DNA of 64,000 bases from Camelus dromedarius (lineage: Eukaryota), in the NCBI RefSeq assembly GCF_036321535.1, contig NC_087437.1:68574001-68638000 (forward strand), given 5' to 3'. Shown piece after piece: positions 24,995 to 38,614 of this stretch. The translations under genes and the position numbers were made by a program. The notes under the pieces are model-generated. The model did no database searches, was not told the DNA's origin, and worked only from the letters and a program-made list of their open reading frames with translations. The number at the start of each line of letters is the position of its first letter. The first letter of the stretch is position 1.

Positions 24995-25340
24995 GCTGCT
25001 ATCATTATCACCCCCATTTAACAGAGGAGGAAATGGAGGCACAGGAAATGTAACTAATAGTCATGCACAGTAAGCAAATAAAGAGATACAGAGACCTCTG
25101 GGGAGGGAAAAGTGAGAACTTTGGGATCTGACAGCCTGGAATTGAAGTCTGGTTCAATTCTATTGCTGAATGACCTTAAACAAGTTTTCTTTTAATCACT
25201 TTAGCCTCAGTTCCTCTTCTGTGCTTTAGGGACATAGCAGCATTTACCTCTTGAGTTATCTTGAAGTTTAAATGAGACAACATTTTGAAACTACACAGTG
25301 CTTGGCATATTGTAAGCCCTCAATAAATGGTGGTTACTCT
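24995..25340. mobile_element. MIR fragments (about 24995-25075 on -, about 25110-25340 on +)
   Basis: cccatttaacagaggaggaaatggaggcacag; tgaccttaaacaagtt...agcctcagttcctc...cacagtgcttggcatattgtaagccctcaataaatgg. Confidence 0.75.
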
Positions 25341-27699
25341 TGTAAGTAAGCCACTCATCTGACTCCTGACCCAAAGTCCTCTTCTTTATCACATATCACC
25401 TCTTTTATACCTACTCATAAGACAGTCACAAACTCAGCCGCCTGTTATAGAATCAAGACAGAATTCTGAATAATTTGAAATACCAACTGTTGTCGGTGTA
25501 TTCTTTTAGTCCCAAGCTCTGTGCGATAATATTTACATATTCTAGTGCCAATGAAAAATACTAAGAAGAACAAATACATATAAGCAAATAAAAACATTTG
25601 CTTCATGTTTTGAGTTCTAAAATATGAATCTCTCCATTCTACAGAGTATTGTGATTCTCAAATAGAGAACTTGACGCTCCTTGTCATAGAAGGATGTTAA
25701 TTAATTTCACAGCCAAAATATTGGGGCTAGTCAAGTGATAGGGGATAGCGGTATACTTATCATATCCAGAAAGATTTATTATCTTAAATCTGCTTTGTGC
25801 AATAAACCATTCTACACAGTTTCTCCTTTGGGTTTTCTAAGATGTCAACTTGTGGACTTTAACTCCTCCCCCCCCCCTTTTTTTTTTTGTGGGGGAGGCT
25901 GGTGTTTGGGGGAAGGTACATTGGGCAAAAAAACAAGTTTTTCATAGTCTCCTGAACCTAATAAGATTTGTGTGTATCTTCAGAAGGTGCAAATTTCACG
26001 GTCTAGGGGTGAAAATATTACATTCGAAAGTCTTTTCTGAGATGATTGGAAAAATTGCCAAAACAATTCGAGAACGTTCTGGAAGACAGGGTATGGATTC
26101 AAGTAGGGATGTAATTCTTATCTTTGTATTTTATTTGAGGCAATCACTTCCTTTCTGTATGCATCAGTAGCATTTTGCTTTATTCTGAATTTTAAAATGT
26201 GTACGTATCTCTAGACACTGAATTCTTCCCAAGTTTCTTGGATACAGATCTGCTGCTCATTGCTAACAAAAAATCACTACCATTCTGAGCCTCAGCATTG
26301 GTCATTGGATGAGAACTGTTTTAATGGACGTGACTTACCCCACCTCTCCCCTCAGGAGCTATGCAAGTCTGGATTTCTTAGCTCACCACAACCGCACCTG
26401 TAACTCATTAGTTATCTAAGTTGATCAAAATAATAGAGTTAGATGCACAACCTAATTATCCCCTGGTGTGTAAAAATACAGGGCTGCTACAAATCTCAGT
26501 GGGTGGCATTATATGAAATCACAACCTAAAGCAGAATATTCCACTCTGAAGTGTTTCTGGACTTCCAAAAATGTGGAATGTCACCCTCCTTTTCAGAGAG
26601 AGGGTTTAGGGGCCAAGTGAAATTTGCAGTACTGCCATCTTTACCATTCTTAGATCTGGTCCTCATTTCTAATGAAAGTGTTGATCTGTGCAGTTGGCTC
26701 CTTCCAAAGTACAAGTTGTCCTGAGAGGGGGGACTCCCTGAGCCTCTCACCCTCATTTTTGCCCCTGAGCCTTGACTCTGTTCTTCCCTGTATTGTGTTA
26801 TAGATTGTTCTCCTTTAATTATTTAAATCCTGAGCATTCTTCTAAGCCCAGATCAAGCTTTTATTACCAGCTAGAGTCCTAGCTTTCCCCTTCCCTTCTC
26901 TGAACAATTAATGCATTCACCCATCAGTTTCATGATAAAGCTTTTCAATGTATAACCGCAAAGAGTAGAACTTAGATGGAGAGGTGCATGCTCCTGGGAA
27001 TGTTAATGGAAGGAAACCTTTTATTCAGAGCAACCAAAAGGGGAAAATAGGCTGGCTTGCCAAGTAACAATATCTCTGTCATAGGAGGTAACCAAGAGTT
27101 GGCTGAACTATGGATTAAGGGTCCCATTCTAGAGGGGACTCATGTATTAGATGGGTTACTTAAATAATTCTATGATCCCTGAAATTATACCATTTTATAA
27201 ATTTTAATAGAATATAGACTCCTTGAGAACAGACACCTTACCTTATGCTGCTTCTGTGTCCTAAAAAGCAAGGCTTGTAACAGGGGCTGCTTAATTCTAG
27301 GTAGTTTGATTGTATTTGTTTTACTAGTTAGTTTCCTATCAAGAGGTACAGGGCAGCAAGGAAAACATGTAGCGAGGCGGGGAGGCAGCTCACAAGAGAT
27401 GTCACATAAAACTTACAGCATATATAAAATATGCTTAATTTATAACCCCTTCCTTCATGTGGCATCTTTTGTTGTTTTTTACTGATAGGGAAACATAGTC
27501 TAGGCTTCCTGATTAAGATGATGCCAGATCTGGTCACAGGCAAAAATAAACAATTAAAAAATGCATTCATGACTTAATATTATTCAGAAGAAATATTTCT
27601 CCTTTATTCTGAATTTTTAATTCAGTCTCTGTGTTTTCTTGCTTTTTCTGAGGGTGATGTAATCAAAAAGAACTCTGCCTTACCATACTGTGTCGTCAT

Positions 27700-27890
27700 T
27701 GTTTCAAAGAGCTCACACCCTTTTTTATTTAACTCTCAAAACAATCTTAAGAAGAAGTTGTTGATAAAAGTTGATAAAATACCTTGTTGATTTCTCAGAG
27801 GAAACTAAAGCTCAGAAAGGTTAAGTGACTCGTTCAAGATCACGCAGCCATTGATAAAACATAATCCTAATCTTTACTCTTAAATCTACT
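27700..27890 (-). mobile_element. MIR
   Basis: gaggaaactaaagctcagaaaggttaagtgactcgttcaagatcacgcagc. Confidence 0.75.
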
Positions 27891-30800
27891 AGTTTAAAAT
27901 CATAATGCCACTAGCTGTATGATGCAATTACCATTATTTATACACTGCAACTCACAAGGGTTGATAAGTGAGCTTAACGTAGGCAAAAGAAATTTAAAAT
28001 GCAAATAGTTTAATATGTGATATAAAATTGTTTTCTGTAGTTAAGCGTTACTAGAGTGTGAGAGGTACTTGTTTACTCATCAGAATGTGAGGTTTACTGC
28101 AAGTGCTATTTTCAAGGAAAATGAAGATGAAGAGGTGTGCTAGTTTTAAAAAATCATAGAGCTATAGAGATAACTCATTTGGGATGTAAGAGGTATCTTA
28201 AGAAAAGATGCAGAGAAGAATGTACTTGTGCAAAAAATGCAGCATGTTGAAACTAAGAGCCATTTAAAAAATTAGTAGAGGGAATCAAGAACAAAAGATT
28301 AATCAAAGAATGAAGAATGAACAGAGGCAAAATCAAATTATAAATTATATTGAATGAATGAAGAAAGGAAGGAATGAAGGAATAGAATCAGGGAAATTTT
28401 AAAGTCTAGGCTCCACAGAAGCTTGGAAGTCACTGACTCTTATTATTCATATACAGGGTTAGGAATTTATGTGCTGGACAGCTGCAGGGTGAAATGGGTC
28501 TGCAGCTTAGTGCTCGACCACTCCTTACCCTCAGCCGTCCACACACAATAAGCAACAGGCAGCAGTGCTCCCAAGAGCAGGCATATAACCTCACTGATGC
28601 TTCTTAAGTGGCCATAAAGTAGTTGGCTGAGCATGAAATTTCATCATTAAAGTTTATGCTTCGAGTTGGGGGGAGGGGAGAAGAAACAAAAATCAAGACT
28701 AGAAAAAAGAGGAGGAGGAGAAATTGCTAACAGCTCCTCTGAGAAACCCACATGGTTCCCAGAAGAGAGTTAACTTTTAGAGGGGAAAAAAAGACACCTG
28801 TGATTCTGAAACCAATGTGCTGGTAGCGCTTCCCTTTCCTGTGATCCAGAATGGAAGAGAAGGAGGGAGGCTGCAAAGAGGTTCTGCTTCTTGATGTCTG
28901 AACGTGCTAATGACAGCTGTGCTTTGCTGAGTTGTGAGAAGAAATGCCGATAACCTTCTCTAAACACAGGGGGAACAGGATTCTGTTCAAGTGACTCAAG
29001 GTAAAAAGCATTTGTTGGAAGAATAATTTGAATTCACATGGGAGTACAATGTGTGGCATCGATTTGGAAATTTACACACTGTTACTCAGATGACAGTAAG
29101 AAATGGCATTTCTTTAATTTCCTATAATTGCTCTCCTGTTTCTCCACGTCTTCTCCATGCTCAGCAGACTGAGGTTAGGTTGGAGTAGGGAAGAGGTGTC
29201 CGTGCTTAACCATTAACAGTCTTTTTGTCTCTTCCAGACAACATGGTCTGTTGTGGGCGTCCACTCATGTGTCTTTTTGACAAATAGTGTCATTCACACC
29301 ACCTTCTCCCTGCTGTGACCTAACATGGCATCTGGGGTGAGAGGCAGGAAGCAGAGTTTTGGAATGCACCTGAATGTCAACACTGGGGCTCATTTCTGCA
29401 GTAAGGTGGCTGATCTGGTCTGGGCTTTGGGCTGGTGGTCACAGATGTGCTCTCTGGTCTAGTCATCTGCTTCTTCATTTCAACCCTGGGCTTCTGGTAG
29501 TTAATCTGCCCTCACAGCACCCTCACGTCAGTGCCACAGAACACACACAAATGTCTGGGTCCTCTGCACACCACAAACAAGAGACAGGAAGCCCTGGGTT
29601 CTGTCTCAGATCCATCTCTCTGGCCAATTTTCCCCAACAAACTGTTACTACCATCCCAGACTTGGACCAAGGCCTTGCAGCACATCTCTCTCTTTCCAGG
29701 CAAAAAAGTGAAGAAAAGGGGCAAAAGATCTATTGATTCTAGATTTCTCTACAAACTTTTCCACATATGAAAGTCAGAAGCCACTCTTCTAACTTGCCTA
29801 CTTTTCCTTCTCTTTCCAGACTTCACCAGCTGAAGGGGACCATCTCTCCTTTTCCTTTTCCTGTCTAGGAATTTTTTCTTCTAATTTCCCAGGGACACTA
29901 AACATCAGGGCTTAGCTGTCATGGTAGATGGGGAACAAGGAGAGAAATCTGCTTACCAATAAGAGAGCACATAGCAAGTCGTATTTACAAGTTATTTCCC
30001 TCATTAAGTGTATGCCCTGTCATAGATTAGAATCAATTACGATGATATAAAATTCAAAGATTACTTGCTATTACTGGAATGCAAGTGGAATAGAATTTTT
30101 AGCCAAACAATGTATACTAATTTTATAAGGAAAACGTTTGGAGTCTAAAGCCAGGAAAATGCAGGTGGCTTTACATGAGATTAAAATATTCTTTTGCCAA
30201 GTGGAAGGACCATAAGAATTAAAAACTAAACAATGATTTTTTTTAAATGATGGCTCATATTTAGTGTCAGAAGAGGAATGTCATATTTCATCCCGGAGAG
30301 GGTGTTTTCAGCACTGTATCACTCCTCCTGCCAGTCGGGCATTTATCCACATGTGCGCAGAGAAACGTTGCTTTAAATCACCATCCTGAGACTTCGAAGC
30401 TTTACTTTTCTTAGAGTAGCCTCATTTTATTTTATTCAGGAGAAGCTACAAGATACCTAGTTGTATCTTGGGAATCATTAGGAAGGGGTAGATAACCCTT
30501 TATACTGTTCAGTTTAAACTTTTTCCTGAAATAATTGACTAACATAATATAATACCAAGAAGTTGATGTTGATGTTTCAACGACTGGATATTCCTTAAGT
30601 TTGAGAAAGATTTTATAAAAATAGGAGAAAAGAAGAACTGCTCTCCATGGAAGCTTCTACCAAAAATGCACTGCTTTGCTGCTTTCATTCAAATATTTAT
30701 TGAATCTTCACTGTTCTTTAGGCACCTTAATTGACCCTAGATGTACAAAATGGAAAGATACTGTTCTCATCTTCAAGGAGCTCAAATTCAATTCTATTTA

Positions 30801-32304
30801 GCAGGTGGTTTGGTTCCATGATTCTTCTTTGTATTGTTTTCATTCTGCTTCCCAAAACACTAAATTAAAATTAACACACACACAAATATTTTAGTTCCTA
30901 GTTCTTCACTCTGGGCGTCTGACAGCTGTGTGCTGTGTGTTTATAAATGAGTCCCATGCACGTATTCACCATTTTGAATGTGGTCTCCCAGTGATTATAT
31001 TTTTTGCTTCCTTGTTCATTTGCCAGAAATAAATTATGAAGAATATAAGATAATAGGCATGATTCTTTGGTACATTCATTATGTGGTTTTTATTTTAAAA
31101 AAGAGAGAGAGGAAAAAAAAAAGAGAAAAGAATGTTTTAGGACCTCCTTTTTAACCATACTCTGAGTAAACATGTCCTTGAAATACGCTTCTAACTTTCT
31201 CTATTTTCATTAGGTTGATACTCCCCTAAGACTGTTACATGCCATTATCATTAGAACAGTGCCTTGTGTATCTTGTTTTCATCCAAAGTGAACACAAATA
31301 AACACATCTACATTAGAGTACAGTGTGTTTTTATACTCATCAGGAAAAAAACCAGAAATGCTTTTTTCCTGCTGGAGATTTTTAATTGCAAAACTCCCTT
31401 AATGGACCTACATTACATATCCAAGATTCTGTAAACTCTTGTCTTCATTTTATATTCTACTGGCCTCGCCCTTATGCATTTCAAAATCAGAACAAAGAGC
31501 CAGTCAAGGAAAGAAAATCCTTACCAAGCACTGTTCTAATACAGCTGCCTCCTACTCTTTGACCTCATGTTGATTAGCTTCTTGGTTTTATAATGAATTG
31601 ATAAGGACTTTGTAGAGATTACAAACCCTCACAAGAGTCATCAGCTACCAAAGCAAATTCCATGGGCTTTGTAGGTGAAATGTGGTAATAAATGGAATGT
31701 GGATGAGAGAAGGGGAACAATGACAGCTGTATGATCCTACTGCAGGAAAAGGGAAAGAAAAAAAAAGTGATATTTAATTCCTTCAGTGTCTTGAGAATCC
31801 ATCACTCAGACAGAACCCTTAACAGAAATCTAATTCTCCAGTTACTGGACAAAGTTAATTAATTTGCAAATATATTTCATCTTCTAAGTGACAGCCTTGT
31901 CTTCTCTAGGCAGTGAGGAAATAGGAGGCTAAAATCAGAGCACGAAACACTGGTGGGCTCACATGACACGATGCTAACCCTGGAGAATCGAGGTGACACT
32001 AGCTCGTTACAGCTCCTCTAAATGAGCTCCTTGTAAAAGGAAAATATTTTGAGTACGGTAGTGAGGGGGGCACGTATAGTGCTCTCCATGTGCTTCTTCT
32101 AATTGCTCTGCCATCCACTTAAGTTTCTTCAAAGGAACGCTGCCTGCAGGGACAGGGGTCCTCTTGGTTTTTGTCATCAGTCCCAAGGCAGGATGGGGAG
32201 ATGTTGCCTTTGTTTCCTGATTGCTCCAATTACTGTGTTCCTTGCCTCAGTCTCCCTTGCCTTCACTTTGAATCCACTCATCCTGAGTGGGCATTTTTCA
32301 AATT

Positions 32305-32557
32305 AGTTAGTGACTTGCAGTGGCCAGATTCGAGCACAAGACTCAGTAAAACACAATAAGATTCTTGCTCGGACCATTTATTTTCTGTATAACAGATTTC
32401 TGAATATGAGGATTCTTTCCCTGTATCCACATCACTTCATAAGCTTGTATGCTTCTGGGGCATTGGCAGAATAATTACAAAGTCAAAACTGGGGTAACCG
32501 GAGAAGAGGGAATAAAAGTCTACGTTCAGAATGGAGTCAGGCTTTGCCTTCTTCCCA
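32305..32557 (-). mobile_element. Possible short or deleted LTR relic
   Basis: Minus strand starts tgggaagaaggcaaagcctgactccattctg (cctgactccat is typical of ERV1 LTR starts) and has AATAAA near 32377-32382; no TSD found. Confidence 0.3.
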
Positions 32558-32719
32558 GCCCGGGTAGTTCTCTTGTATGGGAAGGCTGGGCTTCTTGGGC
32601 CCATGTGCTGACTCAGCAACATCCTAGCTCTCAGAACACAAAGGAGGAGAGAGTGCTGAACAGCGCAGTGGGCAAGGGGAAGGGGCTGAGGACAAAGTTG
32701 GAGACTCATAAAAGGGAAA

Positions 32720-33050
32720 AGATCGTGCAGGGCATTGTACTAAATGTTTGAGTTTGGCTTGTGTTCTAAGTGCAGTGGGAAGCTACTAAAAGATATTTAA
32801 ATAGGTGAATTAAATGAATTGAATTATGTTTTTACGAGAATTTTCTGACTGTTGTATGGACACATGAGCCAGGAGTGTGATCAGGGTTTATGCTCTCAGA
32901 GTCCTGGTCAATGAAGACGGTGGATTGAAAATGTTGATAGACTGATTATATGTATGAGAGGTATAGGTAAAGGACTGAAGTAGAAGATGAGCGAAAATCA
33001 AAGGTGTCTGCTAGGTATGTGATTTTGAGCAAATGAGTAGACATAAGCAC
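32720..33050 (-). mobile_element. L2 fragment
   Basis: gagtttggcttgtgttctaagtgcagtgggaagctactaaaagatatttaa. Confidence 0.65.
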
Positions 33051-34105
33051 CAGAAATATCAGTCTTTTTATAACTTGGGCCTTGACATGCTGTTATTAGT
33101 TTTTGTCCAAAGGGTGGGAACACCACCCCCTAATCTGTTTGGTGATCAGACTCTTAAAACAAACTTTTCTGGCTTTTCTTACTCTGTTTTCTGCCCTTGA
33201 AATTGCCCTTTTCAACAGTGCATTGGCTGGGATGCCCTTGTTACTCCCTTCTAGACCTCCTCGTACTGATACCTGCACTGAGATTGAAGCTATGCCCAAA
33301 TCTCTTTTGGGAAAAGCCCTGTTGCTTTTGCTCAGACACTCCCTTCCACCCTCTGATATTGGATCTCCCAGCCTCCCACCCGGAACTTGCACTGCCTTTG
33401 TGATCGGTAGAGTTTTCTATCCTGGCTCCTTGTGTTTGGAGTCTATTTCACTCTGATTGGCTGAGCCTTTCCCTACTAAGGCTTGAAATAGGAAAGACAG
33501 TGATATCAGAATCTGTAGCAGGTTTTCACAGAAACTTCCTCTTGCTTTGAGGCCAGTATCCCTAGATATACATACTCTGAAAAGTACCCCCCCTCCAGCT
33601 TTGGCTGTCCCTAAGCATCACTAGCATTATAGAAATATCAATTGGTTTATCTAAAGCACTCAGTCCATTACATGTTCGGAATGGTCTATTATAATGACCA
33701 AAGGCAACACTCTAGAAATCATTATGCAATTATGAGGAACTCTAATTAAAGGAGTTTCTGCAAAAAAGAAGAAAAGGTATTTTATTAAATAGAGAAAAGG
33801 AGAATAAAAAGAGAGAAAACAGTGTGTGTTCCTTTCCAAAGATCAGAGCTATTCCATGTCTTGTTAGTGGGCATCTGTTTGAAAATGTGAAGCTACACAT
33901 CTCATTTTCTATCTTGAAAAGCAGAAAAGCAAAAGTACCATTTCTGTTCATTTAGTAACCAGAGATTTACTTCTACGTTAGTTTTACAGTATACCAATCA
34001 AATGAATTGTACCTAAATATTCATTTTATTCTGGTGCTATAGGTCCAGTGAACTAATGAACAAGAGAACTATTTGCTTCATTCACAAGCATAGAATTCTG
34101 CTACC

Positions 34106-34108
34106 AAA

Positions 34109-34139
<31 letters not shown>

Positions 34140-34168
34140 GAAAGGAAAAGGAAAAGAAAAAGAAAAAA
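34106..34168. repeat. Poly-A/GAAA-rich low-complexity tract
   Basis: Directly visible. Confidence 0.9.
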
Positions 34169-34343
34169 ACACACTTTAAAAAAAGAGAATCTATAAACCA
34201 GTTTTTAAAAAATGATCAATCACCTCCTGCAATCTAAAAATGGGGATATAAAGCAATTTTTATAATTCCAGATAGCACTAAAAAGCTTGAAATTGCTTCA
34301 TTCTTTTAAAAGAAAACATTATTCTACCTAAACTTTCCACCCA

Positions 34344-34357
34344 GTTGTCATGACAAC
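34344..34357. promoter_or_regulatory. RFX X-box motif (perfect 14-bp palindrome)
   Basis: GTTGTCATGACAAC. Confidence 0.45.
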
Positions 34358-35582
34358 CTTGCCATTTTCTCCCATGTAGAGACAATTAGATATTAACCTG
34401 GGCATTTAGAGAAAGACACTTCGAACTCAGAGAAAGACTTGTTGATTTGTGCTTGGCTGAGTAGACCAAAGAATTACTATTATAATTCTTCCCAGAGCTA
34501 ATATTCTCTGAGCCTTCTAGGCCATTGTCTTGGAAAGGAATTGCTCTGAGTTTCACAAATAAACTGAACACAGTCAAGGAAAATGGAATATGAAAGGGGT
34601 TGTGTTAACTAGTACTCTACTAGCTGGATAACTAGAGAAGGTCACATTTTTTGGTTTCTTTGACCTAAATCTTTAATACAGTGACTGTCACCAGTATAGA
34701 TTCGTACAAATTGGAAGAGTAATTTACCTGTGATTTAATTGGGGGAAGTGGCAGGAGATTGTTTCTCTATGCCTTAACAAACAATAGTTATTAAATCTGT
34801 AGCCCTGACTCTTCCATGTACTTACATATCTTGTGAGAGACAGCAAGGGAGGCAGTGAAATGGAAAGCACTTGAGAATGCAGAAATTAATCCATCCTTTA
34901 TTAGGGTTTTTGTCTAACTGGCACTCTTCCTTTTCCCATTAATTCAGATAATAAAATTCTTTTTTTTTTCTCATTATCTTCTTTGCTATTAAAGTTTTGT
35001 TCTTCCTTACCCAGTAATGTCAGAGTGGGAGAAGGGTGGAAGCATATGTTTGGGAAAGAGGATCTGTTTTAGATTAAATGGACACATAAAACAAATCTGA
35101 GCATTGTTGTCACAGAGCATTTGTTTTACTCCAAGACCACACTATTCTTTGGTTAATGTAGACATTCACATAGACTGGAGCTATCCCCAAAACATGTAGC
35201 GGATGAGGAACCAGGTAAATGCAGTAAAAAATGCGACTCAAAAAGAACAATAATTTTTATCTGGAGAAAAAAAAAATAGGGCTTTTCTCTTCAACATACT
35301 AACCAAGAGAAGCAATATATTTTCTAATTATGCTGTCATTGTTCAAAATATTTAGGGAGCTCTTCTCCTGGAAATTGCTTCTAGAATCTTTGCGTGTCAT
35401 TTTGATTGCCCTAAGAGAAGCAACTCTGCATCTTTTGAGAGTAAGCCAAGTCTGTTAAAAAGGTGGATATTCAAGTTCAGAAAAACCATTTCTACTTTAG
35501 TGGGTTGTTTTTTTTCTTTCAGTTTTTTAAAGGAGCAACACAGATTGCATTTGTGTGTCACGAGGGAGGGGTTAGGAGTGGG

Positions 35583-36006
35583 TGGATCGGTTTTGTCAGG
35601 CTGCTTTAATAAAATACTACATCCTGGGTAGCTTAAATGACAGGAGTTTGCCTCCTCGCAGTGCTGGGGGCTGCGAGTCTGAGATCAGGGTGTCCACCAG
35701 CAGGACTGGGTTCTTCGAGGGCTGTGACCTAAAGATCTGTTTCAGGCCACTGTTCTTGGCTTGCAGATGAATGGTTTCTCCCTGCGTCTTCACAGTGTTC
35801 CCTCTGTACATGTCTGTGCTCAAATGTCCTTATCCTATAAGGACATCAGTCGTATTAGATTAAGGCCCCCCCTAAAGACTTCATTTTAGCTTCATTACCT
35901 CTTTAAAGACCCTATTTCCAAATGCAGTCACGTACGTACTAATGTACTGGAGTTAGAATTTCAACATACGAATTTAGGGGGAAGGAGCACAATTCAGTCC
36001 ATCGTA
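35583..36006 (-). mobile_element. MLT1 (ERVL-MaLR) LTR, MLT1A/B-like
   Basis: ggctgctttaataaaatactac...gagtctgagatcagggtg...tataaggacatcagtcgtattagattaagg...atttcaacatacgaatttagggg. Confidence 0.85.
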
Positions 36007-36084
36007 GGAGGTGTGGCTTCTAAATAGCATCTAAAGGCAGTTCTCACAGGGAAGTTTCTATGGAGGAAAACACTCCTTGGATGT

Positions 36085-36848
36085 TGTTGCATCAGTTATC
36101 TTTTGCTGCATAACAAACCATCCTAGGATTTAGTGGCTTAAAAAGTATTATTATAATTCTTATAATTCTATAAGATGGTCTGGTGATTTTTTTTTTTTTT
36201 TTTTTTTGCTGGTTTCACTTGGGCTCACTTACACGGTTGCATTCAGAAGGAGAGTCCTCTGGATGGAAAGATACACAATGGTCTCATTCGCATGACCGGC
36301 AATTAGTTCTAGAGGAAGGATGTTCACCTCCCTTCACCAGAACTCTCATCCTTTAGGATGCTGGACCAGCTTCCTTGCACGCTAATCACAGAGCACTGTT
36401 CTGAGAGGGCACAGGGAAAATGCAAGGTCTCCTGAGGCCCAAACTCTGAAACTCTTATGTTTTCACTCAGGGGAGATAAATAAGTCATGGGGATGCAATG
36501 TGCAGCATGGTGACTATCATTAATAATACAGTATTATGTATTTGAAAGTTGCTAAGAAAGCATATCTTAACAGTTTTCATCTCAAGGAAAAAATATTTGT
36601 AACTTTGTATGTTAACTACATTTATCGTGGTGATCATTTTGTGATATATACTAATATCAAATCATTATGTTTTACATCTAAAACTAGTATAATGAATGTT
36701 ATATGTCAATTATACCTTCAAAAATGTTACATTCCCTTTTGGTCAAAGCAAGTCATAGGCTAACCCCAATTTAAAGGATTAGGAATAGATCTCACCTCTT
36801 GATGGAAGGAACTACAAATAAATTGTGTCCATATTCAATCTGTCACAC
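36085..36848 (-). mobile_element. Older MLT1-type LTR interrupted by an L1 fragment
   Basis: catcagttatcttttgctgcataacaaaccatcc...ttagtggctt and ggtcaaagcaagtcataggc...cacctcttgatggaagga. Confidence 0.75.
36466..36725 (+). mobile_element. L1MA-type 3' end inside the MLT1
   Basis: gataaataagtcatggggatgcaatgtgcagcatggtgactat...tttgaaagttgctaag...atgtcaattatacct. Confidence 0.85.
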
Positions 36849-36982
36849 ATGTATAAATTCTGATGTTTGTTGAAATACTCGTTTTTCCTTTTATGCCATG
36901 ATTTTTAGTTCTGTTAACTTTTTAGAGGGACATAGTGGCACACACAAACCAAAATAACTCTTAAAATTCCCATTATTTAGAG

Positions 36983-37102
36983 GCTTTTTGGGGGGTTGGT
37001 AGTTAGGTTGATTTGCTTATTTATTTTTAGAGGAGGCACTGGGGATTGAACCCAGGACCTCATGTATGCTAAGCATGCGCTCTACCACTTGAGCTATTCC
37101 CC
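36983..37102 (-). mobile_element. tRNA-Ala-derived camelid-type SINE
   Basis: Plus strand ctggggattgaacccaggacctcatgtatgctaagcatgcgctctaccac; tail motif present; TSD catt(a/g)tttag at 36971-36980 and 37104-37113. Confidence 0.9.
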
Positions 37103-37451
37103 GCATTGTTTAGTTTTTAAAAACATTTTATTCCTGCTTCATCTTTAAAGTGTATTAATTTAATTAAGTATTACATAAATCTTTACTAAAAGTCATTTGT
37201 TTTCTTCAAGTATATGGTGACCAGATAAAGGAGAAGTTTCTGAAGAGTAGAAAACAGAGGCTCACAGACAGAGGGTCTTAGGCTATTCCATGTTCCAAGG
37301 AACAGAGAAAAATAGTTACCCAGATAATTAGAGCCTTCTTGTAAAGATACATGAACAAGCAAAGGACTTGGAAAATTCTCCACTGAGTCAAACCAGGCTG
37401 CATAAGAGTTAGTACATCATAGTGGGCATGTGGTATATAGAGCATGGCAAT

Positions 37452-37678
37452 TGTATTCGTTTCCTACCAAAGTACCACCAGTTTGGTGGCTTAAAACAGC
37501 AAAAATTTGTTCAGAGTTCTTGAGGCCAGAAGTCTAAAATCCAATATGGCTCTCCTTTCTCTAGGAAGTCCAGGAGAGAATCTTTCCTTGCCTCTTCCAG
37601 CTGCTGGTGGCTGCCCTAGTGTGCCTGGGTTTGTGGCTGCATCCCTACAACCTCTGCCTCCATTTTCACATTGCTTTC

Positions 37679-37733
<55 letters not shown>

Positions 37734-37932
37734 GTCTTCTGTTGTCTTCCTCTTATAAGGACATCATGATGGGATTTATTGGCCCCACCCAGATAATCCA
37801 GGCTAATCTCCTAGTCTCAAAATCATTAATTTAATTACATCCACAAAGATCCTTATTTCAAATAAGATAATTCACAGACTGTAGGGATTGGGACTTGTTT
37901 ATCTTTGGGTGGCAATGACTCCACCTAATATA
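37452..37932 (-). mobile_element. MLT1C/D-like solo LTR with 5-bp TSD and internal (TG)n
   Basis: tgtattcgtttcct...ggtggcttaaaacagc...cttgcctcttccagctgctggtggc; GCAAT at 37447-37451 and 37933-37937; (TG)~25 at 37682-37731. Confidence 0.88.
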
Positions 37933-38417
37933 GCAATCACCAGCATCAGGCTTTCTCCAGCCTCTAGAGTTGAGCTGTTAGGAAAAAACAAAGAAAATGT
38001 AAGAAGGCAAGGTAGGTGTGGGTAGTCATCTGTGCCAGCCTGCAGTGCTCGCCCTCATCATCCAGCCCTTCGCTCAGTCATATTCTGTATGTGTGGCTCT
38101 CTATCATTTAGGATTCTGAGGTTCTTCTAGGTTGCAGTAAATATAAGATAAGAGGATATGACCCTAATTTTTTTTCCTGTGAGTAAATCCCCTTGTGTTG
38201 AAACATCTGTGTTGAATCTCCTGAATCCCACTGTAGGAGAGGCAGCTAAACTCAGCAGAGAAGAGATCAGCCTTTCTCTGAGTTATAGAGGAGAACACAG
38301 AATGCCTTCCTAGATAAAACAGCCAGATCAGAGATCCAGCTCTGAACCCCCACATCCCAGAGACAACCTAGAAGAGTAGGAACGGTGCCTTGCATTCAGG
38401 GGGCAACTTATCCCATT

Positions 38418-38614
38418 TTTTAAAAATTTTTATTTTTATTGAAGTGTAATTGATTTGCAATGTTAGTTGCAAGTGTATAGCAAAGTGATTCAGTTATATA
38501 TACATATATATATATTTTATTCTTTTCAGATTCTTTTTCATTATATGTTGTTACAATAAATGGAATATAGTTCCCTGTGCTATACAGTAGGACCTTGTTT
38601 ATTTTATATATAGT
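38418..38614 (-). mobile_element. L1 3' end with perfect 14-bp TSD
   Basis: gaatatagttccctgtgctatacagtaggacctt; TSD caacttatcccatt at 38404-38417 and 38615-38628. Confidence 0.92.
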
